Positions 49,721-63,189 are shown, counted from the stretch's first letter. The stretch: 64,000 nt of DNA from Stegostoma tigrinum (GCF_030684315.1 NC_081355.1:25259316-25323315); one strand, 5' to 3'. Notes: generated by a model not told the origin, from the sequence alone. A program made the numbers and translations.

Positions 49721-50195
49721 AATACTTTACATCTATATAGTCCAAAAGCTATTCATTACTGCTACATTATTTTATATCTTTTTTAAACAACTCCCTCTTA
49801 TTTCTGTCACATTTTCTTTCATATTCTGTGCCTAAATTTTATCTTAGTCTCAAAGCACCATTTGAAAACCTAGAGTGATAACATTGATTGATCTCCTTTG
49901 CCTGAATATTCTGTGATTTGCTCCAAGGACTTCATGAAACTTCTCAAATATGACTTTTTTTTCACATCTGCATTGATCATCATCAGCCAAAGTTCTCCTA
50001 TTTCATTTCATATTTGAAGCTCATCTCTTACATGACAAAAGTTGCTCATGTTATTCCTTCTTTCTTGGTATTGACAATTCTTTATTCTTCTGGCACAAGT
50101 TTCATTCAAAGAAGTTTGAAAAACTGGGACAAGAAGATATGGCATTTCCTCTCTCACTTTCCACAGTGTTCTTGATTCAACTTCTTTTCTCACAC

Positions 50196-50580
50196 ATCCG
50201 TTCAGGTGTACAAGATGATGAGAGGCGTAGATAGAGTGGATAGTCAGAGACTTCTTCCCAGCATCGAAATGACTATTACAGGGGAGCATAATTTTAAGGT
50301 GATTGGAGGGAGGTATAGGGGAGATGTCAGAGGTAGGTTCGTCACGCAGGGAGTGGTGGTTGTGTGTGGAATGTGCTGCCGGCAGTGGTAGTGGAGTTAG
50401 ATACTTTAGAGACTTTTAAGCGACTCTTGGATAGTAGCGGAGGATAAGACAAGGATAGGTACATGGAGGATAGTAAAATGTAGGGTATGCAGGGTAGATT
50501 GATCTTAGTAGGATAATAGGTTGGCACAACATCATGGGTCGAAGGGCCTGTACTGCGCTGTACTGTTCTATGTTCCATGT
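50196..50580 (+). mobile_element. CR1 3' fragment
   Basis: VYKMMRGVDRVDSQRLLP; 3' UTR matches 700-828. Confidence 0.85.
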
Positions 50581-52072
50581 GCTGGCACAGTAGGTAGTGT
50601 TCGGGATTGTCAAAGCTCCACACTGGCAACATTATTGTCCCTGTCCACTTTTTGCCTTTTTTCTTTATTTCTTCCTTTCTTCTTTGTCTCCAAGACCACA
50701 GCAGTGTTGGTGAGGCAGTGGCTGCAATGCCAGAGGCATGGACTGGTACTCCTGGCCGTGATGGCGGTGCCTGGAGCCTGGAGTTTAATGTGGAAAAGTG
50801 TGAGGTGATTCACTTTGGAAGGAGTAACAGGAATACAGAGTACTGGGCTGATGGTAATATTCTTGGTGGTGTGGATGAGCAGAGAGATCTTGGTGTCCAT
50901 GTACATTGATCACTGAAAGTTCCCACCCAGGTTGATAGGGTTGTTGGAAAGGAGTATGGTGTGTTAGGTTTTATTGGTAGAGGGATTAAGGTTCACAGCC
51001 ATGAGGTCATGTTGTAGCTAGACAAAACTCTGGTGTGGCCACACTTGGAGTGTTGCGCACAGTTCTGGTCACCGCATTATGGGAAGGATGTGGAAGCATT
51101 GGAAAGAGTGCCGAGGAGATTTACCAGGATGTTGCCTGGTATGGAGGGAAGGTCTTATGTGGAAAGGCTGAGGGACTTGAGGCTGTTTTCGATCGAGAGA
51201 ACAAGGTTAAGAGGTGACTTTAATAGAGACATACAAGATGACCAGAGGATTAGATTGGGTGGAGAGTGAGAGCCGTTTTCCTCGGATGGTGATGGCTAGC
51301 ACGAGGGGACATAGGTTGAAATTGAGGGGTGATAGATATAGGACAGATGTCAGAGGGAGGCTCTTTACTCAGAGTGTAGTAAGGGCGTGGAATGCCCTGC
51401 CTGCAACAGTATTAGACTTGCCAAGTTTAAGGGCATTTAAATGATCATTAGATAAACATATGGATGATAATGGAATACTGTAGGTGAGATGGGTTTCACA
51501 GTTTGGCGCAACATAGAGGGCCAAAGGGCCTGTACTGTGCTGTAATGTTCTATGTTCCATGTTCTATGACTCTTAATAGCGGTAAGCCCGGAGAGGGGAT
51601 TCCTGGCAGTGGCAGGCCTGGAGCCTGTACTCTTGCCAGTGGCGGTGTCTGGCCTGAAGACCCCTGGAAGCAATAGGCCCAGAGCCTTGACTTTTAGTGG
51701 TGAAAGTGCCCAGAGCGGGGACTCCTGACAACAGTAGACCCAAAGCGTGGACTATTACTGATGGCAGTGCCCAAAGTGGTAGCTCTTGGTGGCTGTAGCC
51801 TGGAGCCTGAATTCCTGGTGGTGTCGGCAAGGTGGCGGTGACAGCAAAACTGGGGTCTCCTGGAGCATCGAGTGTCATCGTTGTTGTTCCTGAAATTGGG
51901 ACTCCTTGAGGACTGGAACACCTTGCAGAAGCTATGAACCGAAAATGAACTCTTATCTAAGTAATTTCTTTTTATCCTCATTGTACTCAAAATGGTGCCA
52001 GATAGTGGTGACAAAACAGTTTTCACTGTATCATCAAGATACATATGACAATAAATAATTCATTCATTCATG
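50581..52072 (+). mobile_element. Non-autonomous element with Rex-like 3' tail, split by a CR1
   Basis: GGCAGTGG/CCTGGAGCC-rich body on both sides of the CR1; ends TTTCACTGTA...GACAATAAA(TTCA)n. Confidence 0.5.
50779..51568 (+). mobile_element. CR1 3' fragment
   Basis: EFNVEKCEVIHFGRSN and PHLECCAQFWSPHYGKD; GTTCTAT tail. Confidence 0.9.
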
Positions 52073-53429
52073 TTATATTGTTTCATCAAATTCACTGTGA
52101 AACTGATGGGCAAAGTTACTATTTTGGTTACATGACTGCAGTTTCTGATGGCATTGAATGTTCAAAGCTGGGCTTTAAATCATGCCTGACCCGTGAGCAG
52201 TGCTGTTGGAGACCTAATGGTATTGTTTTATTAAGAATTCACAATTTTTGACAAAGAACCACTTTAGTACATTGTAACACCACCAATTACAGACTATAGA
52301 TTTTCATTGGTAAATTCTATTTCACAGCTTTTGCACTTGCTACCTTTTTCCACAGAAATTGCCTTCTCAACAGCTGAATTGCTCCAAAATAAGCGTTGTT
52401 CTCCTTCTTTCCCCCGAGAAATTAATTAGCTTTTGACAAATGACAATTGTATTTCATTTGGTCATTCAATTTTGTGTAAGTTCTAATATATCACAACTAC
52501 CCAATTTTCCAAGAAGCTCAGAAAATGAGGGTTTATGTTCTTGTAAAACCAGGAAAATAGTTTCAATGTGCTCTTGCCACATTGTTTGTGTGCATCGGAA
52601 GGGATCGTAATTCCCATCTGCCTATTTCTCTTTTGCAGTTACATCTGTGCCTGGTTGTCCCGAGAGAGGGAACACACACTGTTGACCAATACTGTTGAAG
52701 CGTTAAGGGATAGGTGGATATTGGAGAAGACGGAGTGCATTATTTACCTCACCAACATTATTTTGATTTATCACATCCCCCCTAAAAGTGTTTTGACACT
52801 TCTAGGTATTTTTTTTTGTTCTTGTAACACCGACCTTTTTGGGCAGTGTTTGTGACATGTCAACTGGCAAATATCTATTAACACAATAGTTCCACTCTTA
52901 CAGCAGGACATTCTCTGCAGGTTTTAGGGTGCTGTCATTGTGGTTCATTATAGATCAGATGACCGTCATGTAGGGGAAGCAGTCACTGTGTGACTTTTTC
53001 TGAATTGTCAACATAGTCGCCTGAGGGTAAGCAGGGCAGGGTTTCAAATCTGAAGAAGCAGTTGCTCCCTTTGCAAATAAGTGTGAGAGAGGGTGCTCCA
53101 AAATAGAGGCTTTATGTAAACGTTTAATTTAAAATTTGGCCAAAGCAAACAGCCCCATTTGTGGAGGGGATTCCTTTAAGAAGATTAAAGCCAGGTAGGC
53201 AAGGAGGGTCTCCAACTCTACCTGGAGTGCTGCCCCAATTCCTCACTCTTAGTCTGCCTTATGGCAGCCTTGTCCAGGAAGCTGTATCTTCCCTGATGCC
53301 CAGAGCGTGCCAGGGTGCCAATTGAAAAATTCCATTTGACAATTGACCTTAATAATTATTAGCTAAGTTGGCTGTCACTGCTTGCCTGTCTTTTGGGACC
53401 TATAAGTTCAGCCCTTTGTATGTCCCTTT

Positions 53430-53760
53430 GCTTTTTTTTTCTTTATTTGTGGGGCATGGACATCACTGCCTGGCCAGCATTTATCCACTGCCCCTAGTTG
53501 ACCTTCAGAAGGTGGTGGTGGGCTGCATTCTTGAACAGCTGCGATCCATGGGCTGTAGATAGACTCACAATGCCCTTGGGGAGGGAATTCCAGAACATGA
53601 CCCTGCAACAGTGAAGGGACGGTGATATACTTCCAAGTCGAAATTCTGAGTGGCTTGGAGGGGAAATTATAGGGGGTGGTGTTCCCATATGTCTGCTGCC
53701 CTTGTTGTTCTAGATGGAAGCGATCATGAATTTGGAGGGTGCTATCTGAGGATCTTTGGT
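53430..53760 (-). mobile_element. CR1-clade (second family) 3' end
   Basis: Reverse complement of the 1260-1510-type 3' end (FWNSLPKGIV...AHHHLLK). Confidence 0.75.
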
Positions 53761-54000
53761 GTTAGATCTCATTGTTTCTACTGAGAGTCCAAGTCACGGG
53801 AGGTGTTAGGTAATCTTTATTGCAGCTTTATTTTCCAGTACAGCTTCATTTCTCCAGACCAATAAGGCACACAAAAAGCTTCAGAAAATCTTAATTTATA
53901 CAGTTTAAACTTAGAGCACACACGCCTCCCTTTGATTACTGTTGGTTGATGGTGCCAAGTTAACCCTTTATAATTGGTCGTCTGGTACAGCATCTTAAAG

Positions 54001-54355
54001 GGTGGTACGGTGGCTCAGTGGCTAGCACTGTTGCCTTACAGAGCCAGGGACCTGGGTTTGATTCCACCCTCAGGCAACTGTCTGTGTGGAGTTTGCACGT
54101 TCTCTTTGTATCTGCATGGGTTTCTCCTGGTAGCTCCGGTTTCCTCCCACGCACCACCTTCTGAAGGTCAAGATTTTCAGGTTGGGTGGATTGGCCATGC
54201 TAAATTGCCCATTGTGTTTAGGGATGTGTAGATTAGGTGTGTTATCCATGGGAAATATAGGATTACAGGGATGAGTCTAGGTGGGATGATCTTCAGAGGG
54301 TCAGTGTGGACTTGTTGGGCTGTATGGCCTGTTTCCACACTCTGGAATTCTGTGA
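54001..54355 (+). mobile_element. HE1-like V-SINE
   Basis: GGTACGGTGGCTCAGTGGCTAGCACTG...GTGTGGAGTTTGCACGTTCTC...GGATTGGCCATGCTAAATTGCCC. Confidence 0.9.
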
Positions 54356-54649
54356 TCTTATACAGTTCAAGCTTGCCTCAGCAATTTCAATATATTTTCA
54401 ATTAAGCTAATCATATCGCAAAGAGATAGACAGGCTTGTGATCACCCCCAAGTCACCTACCAAACACACTTATCTCCCTACTTGAAGCTTTTCACAATAG
54501 ATACTGCATTCAAGTACCTTTTGCCAGGTGCTGCATGTTAATTGCCAATTAATTGGATATTTGCCTATCACTTTAAGAACTTTTAAATTCCTCATTGCAG
54601 GAAATACAAAAGAATATTGATTTTTGATCAGTTCCAACAAAGTTGTGTG

Positions 54650-55830
54650 GTTTCACCTTGTGAGAGCTGCACTCATCTGGGCAAGTGGAGAATATTCCAT
54701 AACATTGTTGCCTTGCAATTTCTAGATGCTGGAATGTCTTTGGGAAATCAGGAAGGAAATCAATTGTCATAGAACGTTCAGTCCCTGATCAGCTCTTGTA
54801 GCTACCATGTGGCTCAACCAATGGTGACCATCAGGAGGTTTAAGAGCAATTCAATGTCTTTGAATGCCAAGCAGGTGGTTAGATGCCGTCTGTTGAAGGA
54901 ATCATTGACACGTGTTTGTGTGGACTGGCTATTACTTGCCATGTAGCAGGTCAAACCTGAAAATTTTTGAAAACTTGCTGTGTGTGGTTGCAGATTATTT
55001 CATTACCTTCAGTTTTACTGAGCAACACAACCACAAGCAAATAGTGACACTTTTGACATTAAGGTGGAATGCAAGTTATTAAAGCAGCTGAGCTGTTTGT
55101 TTTCCAACAACCACAATCCTCTTCCTTTAAATTAGACCCTAAATGGAATATTTAATGCCATTCTCTGCAAAATGCTGTTTTCATGTCAATGGTAGCCACT
55201 CTCACCTCACCTCCTTAATTTAGCTCTTTTGTCCAGGTTTAGACAAATTTTGTGATGAGATCAGGAACCATGTTCTCTTGGTGAAACTTGACAACACTTC
55301 TTGTTGTCTAAGTGCCATGTGATAGCATTGTCGATGATATCTTCCATTATTTTGCTGAGTGGAGATCAACGGAGTAATAATTGACCAGATTAGCTTTATC
55401 CTACTTTCTTTAACCAGGATTGCTGGGCAATTTTCCACATTGTTGGGTACATAACAATGTTGAGGTTGCATTGGAACAGTTTGATTATAGGTGCATAGGT
55501 TGTCAGCACTACAGCTGAGATTTTGTTGTGGTCCGTTGCCTTTTCAGTGTCTGTGGGCTCAGTTATTTCTTGATAACATGTGAAGTGAATAACATTACCT
55601 GAAATCTGGACTCTGAGATCCTGGCTGAAGATGGTTACAACTGCATCTGCCGTGCCTTTTGCACTCACACACTGGTGTCTGCTATCATTTAGGATGAGGA
55701 TATTTATGGAGCTTTCTTCTCCTGTTGGTGACTTAATTATTTGTCATCATACACAAATGGATGTGGTAGGATGGATAGATGTGCAAAGTGAAGACTGCAA
55801 CGATAATGGACAGCTCACTGGAGCCTGATT
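54650..55830 (-). mobile_element. Decayed CR1-clade LINE (second family)
   Basis: KLFQCNLNIVMYPTMWKIAQ and SAKGTADAVVTIFSQ match 6070-6400. Confidence 0.65.
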
Positions 55831-57619
55831 GCTTCTGCAAAAAATATTGTACAAAGGGTTTTTTTTGTAGGAAGCCTATTTCCTCAATAATTGGGACTGA
55901 CTGGCATCAGTAATTAGGATCACATCTGCATTAATAATCACAACACTCTTCCATTAATAGTTGGAATCCTATTGCATCAATAATCCAGATCCTATTTCAT
56001 TCCCTAATTCCTATTTCATCAATGCTCAATGTTCTATTACATTAATAATCAGCAAATTCAGGATACTGCACACTAGTAATCAGGATACTAATACATTAAT
56101 TGTACTTTATGCTTTTTGTTGCATCAGGAGTTTATTGCATAAATAATTAGTGTCATATCACATTAAGATCTAATTTTAAACAGAATAATTTCAGTCAGAG
56201 GCCCGTTACATCAGACCTAATTATATCAAAGGCATCTATGTCAACTATTATGATCCTCTAAGATTATCAATCAGGATGCATTAATAGAGTTCACTAGCTG
56301 AAATCTCCAACCTCTCTCAAATATGCTTGAACATCTCAAATTTCAGACTAGGTTCATACTAAGTCTGAGGTATAAAAATGCGGACACACTGGGTAAAGAT
56401 TTGGGAAGCTTAGGTCTATGACATACCTCTACCTCTGTTTAACTTGTATGTAATCTTGTGTTGTTAATTTACAATGTTGCAACCTCATTTTTAGATATAC
56501 CCACTGCTACTTCTGAGATCCGCTATTGCTGTCTTCTTTGAGCCAGAATTGATCCTCTGGCTTGATAGTAATGGTTAAGCATGGTATATGCCAGGCCATG
56601 AAGTTACAGACTGTAGGGAAGTACAATAGTACTGCTGATGACCCACAGTGCAGCATGAATGCACAGTTATGAACTGCTAGATCTTTTCTGAATCTATTCT
56701 ATTTGGCATGAAAATCGTTCCACACATGGCAGAGAGTATCCCTGGTGTGAAGTTGATATATCATTCCTGAAATGACTTAGTTCTGGTCATCTTTATCAAT
56801 ATTATTATGGATAGCACATTTATAACAGATTGATTAGTGAGGACGAGTTCAAATATGCTTTTCATTAACTTGATAGTTACCTATACAGGCTTGACAGATT
56901 GCTCTTCAATAGAATCAGGACTACGGTCCTCCCAGGGTGGTTTGTTAGTGCTATTCAGGTAGATTTAAACCAACGGCAGGGCATTGGGAACCAGGATGCA
57001 GCATTGGAAAGGTGAAATAATCTGAACAAACCATTAGGAGATAAATAACATTAGCCTAAGGAATACATATTAAGTAAGGATATGCAGTGAAATCTGAATT
57101 AAGTTTGCAATTCACGCATGTAAATGCACACAGTGTAGTAAATAATGTTGGTGAACTGCAGGCAAATTGTCACATGGGAGCATGGTGCTGTGACTACAAA
57201 GGAGACCAGTTTAAAAACAGCAGGAATGAGTAATAAATATTCCTGAATGCAGACTGTTCAGGAGCGATAGGAGGGAAGAGAAAAGGATAATTAGGGTGAT
57301 CAGTATTGATTAAGGGTAATATTACAATACTGGAGACAGAGGATGTCTTGGAAGGGTCAAGGGAAGAAGCTATTAGGTATTCGGGATTATGGACTTAATA
57401 AATAGAGGCATCAGGCTGAAATTGGCTAAGTGTCAATCTAGGCGAGTTTCATTTACTTCATTAGTAATGCAGCACACCTCCATGGCACCTTGTTCGTTTT
57501 GTACGGTGTTCCACTTGCGAGTGATGGAAGTACTCTCCACTGCCAGGACTTCCTGGGATTCCTGGAACCAGCACCATATGTAAGATGTAGTTGTGCACAA
57601 GTGCTGTCAGTCTGGAACT

Positions 57620-59130
57620 GCCCACATGGCTCCTGTCAATTGCCCCAATGATAGCTACAAAGGCAAGTTAGTTCCACACTTGGTCAATAGGAACCCGGAG
57701 GTGGTGCAAAGGAGGTCTGATTCTTTCCCCAGGTCTCCCAGAGGAGACCTCTTACCAGATCCTGCCAAAATTGCTACCCAGGTCAGTGTGGTGTCCACAG
57801 TCCAGAGGAATACCCAACTGTCTTGCAAGAAGATCGTTGACCTTCTCCACTCTACCAGGGTAAGTATCACCATCTTCTCACTGTGATCTCACACTCATCC
57901 TAATTTTGTGTCTGCTACCCCCATCAAGGTTCATGGTCTATTGCTCTCACTATTGCCTAAAATATCATCCCTACTCACTCATCCAACCCCAACTCCAGCA
58001 TGGCAACTGCGCCATCTACTGATTCACTCGGGCCACCGCAACTGATTTCCCCCATGTAAACCAGCACTAACACTAGCAGCTGTGCCAGCCACTTCCATCT
58101 CACTCAATCTCTCCTTTTTGTCTCATTCCAGGAAAAAATGGCCCACAGTAGGGTTGACAAAAGGGTTGATGAAGCGTCTAGGCCCGAAACGTCAGCTTTT
58201 GTGCTCCTAAGATGCTGCTTGGCCTGCTGTGTTCATCCAGCTTCACACTTTGTTATCTTGGATTCTGCAGCATCTGCAGTTCCCATCATCTCTGACAAAA
58301 GCAAGGTAGGTGGTGCGGTGCCCAACATTTGTCTCCTCACCCCCTTTCGAGGAGAGGATCTTTGCCTTGTCTGGAGAGTACCAGCTGATGATGATACCAT
58401 GTAATGATACCAAAACCTCAATGTCCCACAATCAAGTAAAATTCACTAAAAAAGCCTTCCCGCATTGTTTGGCTAATGATGATCTCCAATTATCGCTATT
58501 GTCAATGTAGCCTTAACTTGTCCAAACCTCTGACCCCATTTTGGAACTAATTCCCTTTTTTGTCCACTGCAAGCCCAAGTTACATCAGCACAACCTCTGT
58601 CACCAAAACACTTCCTCTGCCACTTCTGAGGAATACACTACAGGTTCCTCAAAGGATGCTGTTGCAATGCTTTTACACACACCACTTCAACCAGCTCAGA
58701 TACTGGCACCTCAAAGGCTACTTTTAGCTAGCATAGAATTGGCAAAACATGCCGGTGAGCATCTCATGGCAATGTCTCCCTAGTTGGGTTAAGGAATAAA
58801 AGCCCCAGATCACTGGCATTTGGAAGACTGCCAGAGGCCATGCAATGCTCATCTCCAGGCTGGAGAGGACCCAAGGTACCAACAGTGTAAAACTTCATTC
58901 AAATGCACAGGTAGGTACAGGAGCAGTGCTCAGGTTTCATGGAGACAGTGTACAAACTGACTAGAAGTTTGGAGGACTGCATCAATGCTGGCCTGCACGT
59001 GTCTGAGTGCCGCTATGGGCAGGTTGACAGCTGCCATGGAGAGCCAGATGCAGCGCCCTCAGTGTCTGCTGGATGTACACACAGACCTGTACTTGATTGT
59101 TCTCACTGTTGGAGCTCTGCACTTGCACTG
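57620..59130 (+). pseudogene. Intron-containing Myb/SANT-like Harbinger gene remnant
   Basis: KIATQVSVVSTVQRNTQLSCKKIVDLLHSTR, then an intron GTAAGT...TTCCAG (57860-58131), then EKMAHSR..KVGGAVPNICLLTPFEER. Confidence 0.7.
58164..58292 (+). mobile_element. PLE terminal repeat, solo with tail
   Basis: TGATGAAGCGTCTAGGCCCGAAACGTCAGC...CCCATCATCTC; flanking TGACAAAAG at 58155-58163 and 58293-58301. Confidence 0.85.
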
Positions 59131-59660
59131 AGAACGCTGACAAAAGTATCGAAATGTTTGCATCCAGTGAAAGATGACTTCACAGACTTCAGTTCCATTG
59201 AACAACGTTCACTAAAAAAGCCTTCTCGCATTGTTTGGCTAATGCTATAGGATGCTGAAGGTACTGTTTCACCTGAGGAACGTCCTCATCATCTCAATGC
59301 TGCAGCTGTCTCAGAGTTCTATCAACTGTCCCATTACATCGATGCACTCTCTATTTATTTGGAGCAGAGATTCTGAGAAGCGAGTGATGTACTATGTCTG
59401 AATGTTACTGGTGTACAAAGCTCCAGAAATGGCCTGCATGGAAACCTGATGTCAAGAGGCCATGTTGGGTCTCTCAATGGTCCCGGTGTAACAATATATA
59501 ACATTGCAAAGACACCAGACAGCATTACTCATCTCCACCTTCGGACAGGATATGGTGCCAATAGCCCTGCCATATCTGCATGGTATTCCACAGAAGATGA
59601 GCAATTGTGGCTATCCTGCATCCTTGCTTCAATATGAGAGCAAATATGGCTACAAAAGTG

Positions 59661-60847
59661 TACTACCCTTTAGTACACTTTCTCTTATTTTGTCATATAT
59701 TATGTAATTTGAATAACCGTGGTATTTTCACTTCAATTTCCACATTTTTTAATGATAGTTGAGGTTTCAAAAGGTAAATGGTATTTACATAGCAAATTAA
59801 AAGTCAACACTATATCCACTGTAGGTTGATACTAGTCCTGAACTTGCAGGTATATTCCCCCTCATATGGTAGCACCTGAACTTCTGCAGCATTAAACAAA
59901 AAGCACCACATTTATTTGCTAGGAATCCAATACTTCAGTGAACTCAAGTATTTCTGGTTCTTAGTTAGCTGAGTACTTCATTGTTGAAAGGTTAAACCTG
60001 CATTCACTCCTTTGCGGATCCTCTCCCCACTTTTTAAATCCCCTCCATCCTTTGCCTACCCTCATCAGATTCTGAACTCTCTGGCCCAGCAAGCCTCACT
60101 CTGTCTCACCACTCCCCAATCCCATGGCTCTGCCATGTATTCCCTCAGCCTCTGTTTCCTCAGTCCACTTCCTTGACCTTAGCATTGTTACTCACAGCCT
60201 CTCAGATTCTTTTTGTTGTTCCAATCTATTTTTCTACTGATTTTGCTGCTGATTATATAATAACAAGCCTATCAGCACCAAATGTGCAAAAGAACTGCCT
60301 TCTGATCTGAGAAGCACTTCCTCACTGATTTGCAACATTCTAGCTGTATTATATTTACATTTTCTGGGAGTTTAAGGGACAAATTCATCTGCCATCTTCG
60401 TGCATTTGAAGCATTCCTTGCATCCTCTGCATCTATCCTGTTTTCCACAATGACCTGGTAATGGCAATTTTTCCACATTCTCTGAGTAAACAACTGTCTC
60501 CTGAATTCCCTGTTGGATTTATTATTGACATTCAATATAACAATTGTCTGTCTCATTGTTAACTTTTTTCAGGCTTAATGCAAATCAAATCCTGATTAAA
60601 CTCACTGTTTCATTTTTCAGTGGCACCTTGAAATCTTGATCCAACACCTTCGTGCTTTTCTGTGTGCAAGTTTTGGCTTTGAGATGGTGATTACAGGTAT
60701 TGGAAATTACTACCCTTTAGTACACTTTCTCTTATTTTGTCATATATTATGCAGTTTGAATAACCCTGGTATTTTCACTTCAATTTCCACATTTTTAATG
60801 ATAGTTGAGGTTTCAAAAGGTAAATGGTATTTACATAGCAAATTAAA
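59661..60847 (+). repeat. ~140-bp direct duplication (59661-59801 and 60708-60847)
   Basis: TACTACCCTTTAGTACAC...CATAGCAAATTAAA occurs twice with only a few differences. Confidence 0.95.
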
Positions 60848-63189
60848 TGTACATGGATCAAAATAGGTTGGAATACTGTGAGAGAAAAATGTGAAGTTAG
60901 AAGTTTTGCAAGCAGTAAATGTCATCTGGAATGTCTACACTGTATGAAAACCTCTTTGTATGTTGGTAGATATATCTTTTTATCAACTGCAATATTCCTT
61001 CATATTTGGACATGTGCTTTAGAGTGGCACATTTCACAGCACATCTCCTGATGCCTGCTGTTAGCTTTAATTTCTCCTACACTTTCTAGCTCAAAAATGA
61101 TTGGCACCATAGCCTGCCAAAAGAGCAAGGATAATAAGACGTTTGGTACCTTAGTGAACAAAGGAACTACCAATTTTCTCATTAACCAGTAGCGAAACAG
61201 AAGTAACCGAGGAGGAAATCAAATACATTAGAAGCAAATCATGCATAGAAAGAAAAGGAGAGGAAAAATTGAATTAAGAGAAAGAAATGATACAGAAAGA
61301 GAGAATAAGTATATTTCAAATTCAATCTCCATGAAAAAGTTATTACGTAAGAAATGAGACCCAACAGTTTATTATTGTTATTAAGGTTTTTATTACCACA
61401 TTGTTAAAAGGATATTAATACTACTCACTATGAACCCTAATGTTCTGGGTCAAATTTAATGTGCAACTTATGTGCAAATCCAGTGAGTTCTTGAAACTAC
61501 TGGAAAGGTAGATGGCATACTGCCATTTGTATGAGGAAATTGGCATAAGTTAACTACTAAAGCAACAAGTCACACCATACCGTGTCTTATCCTGAACCGA
61601 GTGGTCAATTTGCATTTGAATGTGGATTGTGTACTTTGAGACCTGGATACTCTCCAAAAGCCAGGTATACTCCAAATGATACATGTAAGAGTCTCCCAGA
61701 GTTCCTGATGCAATGGCTAACTAGGAATTGCCTGACGAGTTTAAATTCCAAAAGCCAATGACTCTGTGTCTGGAACCCTGCAAAAACGTCTCCAGCTCAG
61801 AGTTAGAGTCAAAGAATTCAGAAAGCTCTAATATATGTCTCTGGATGTTTGCACATGAAAGGTGCCACTATTACCTTCTGATACTGCAATGATCACCTCC
61901 CCCTCCCTTTACTTATTTTCCAACTCCAATCAACTTTCCAATCCCTCTCCAACCTGTTCAATTTCACCCCAAACGTAGCTGACACAACCTAAACTGACCA
62001 CACCACCAGCCAACCTACCCGTCCTGTCACACTACTCATCTGTCACCAGCCTCACCTTCCCACTTAGTCATTCCTATTTGCTCACATTCATTCGCTGGAA
62101 TACAGAAAGACTATTTAAATGCCCCCACAGCTTTCTGGATATTTGTGAATGAATGAAGACTTACCAGTAACTGGTACTGTAAATGGGGCATGGCTTGGAT
62201 TGCCCAAAATTTGGAAAGCCTATCTAAGTATAATAAGAACAGGATCAGGGTAGGAATTTGTACCTGATTCATGCTTTCTGGCAGTGCATGATGTGGAGGA
62301 ACGTAATATTCTGAAATCCTTAATGTGCCCTTAGGGGGAGTCACAAAAAAGTGTTGATGGCCCAATGATATACAAAGTCAGGTAGTACACCCTTCTGGGG
62401 GAGCTCATCTCCCCTAACAAGAAAACTTGCTTACATCTCTTCCTGACAATGCTTACTAGCATTAGCAATGTCTCATTATTACAATTGGCTAAGATTGACT
62501 ACTCATTTTGAGCCACTTTAAATAACAGGTTCACATTTGCCTTTGTCTATTGATAACATTTTTGGAATAAGAGGAACATTGCTGAGGCTGTATTCCGATA
62601 GCCTGAAACTTTTCATTGTTACCGATTAATTGTATCACATGCAATCAACAATTGGGAAATTCCATGGTTTGATGAGCCTTTGTGGAAAAGAAACAGAATT
62701 TCAGAGAGATTTTTTGCAACCTAAAGGATAACATGATGTGTGCAAGAGGTAGAAAATGCAACAGAGTTGTAGGAAAAATGCCCTGAAAAAAGCTTGAAAT
62801 TTGTCTTAACTTAAAAGTGACTATGCAAAATGGATACAATCCTGGAAAATTGCTGGGTAATCAAAACCACTGCAAACCATGACAATATTTATTGATACAC
62901 AACATTTCATTCCTGTACTATGATGCTAGTATTAAGTATTGAGCTCTGGAATAGCTCCTCAGTGGGACGTAAATATGTCAGACCTTATCTGGTGCTATAC
63001 AAGACTCTTTACTTAAAGGAAGGTTGAGAAGTTAGGGGACTAAAAGTGAATTTGGTCTTACTAGTAGACATGGTTAATCAATTTTAACATCTTCCATGGA
63101 CCTGTGTTAATGTCAGAAATAATTTACACTGAAAACTAGAAATACTTCAGGTACAAATGACAACTAAATGCAAAGGAGATTTTAAGAGC

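Noticed and set aside
15459-58292. Recurring short ORFs such as LLRCCLACCVHPASHF and MDEHSRPSSI
   Set aside because: Translations of the PLE terminal repeat, not a peptide gene family.
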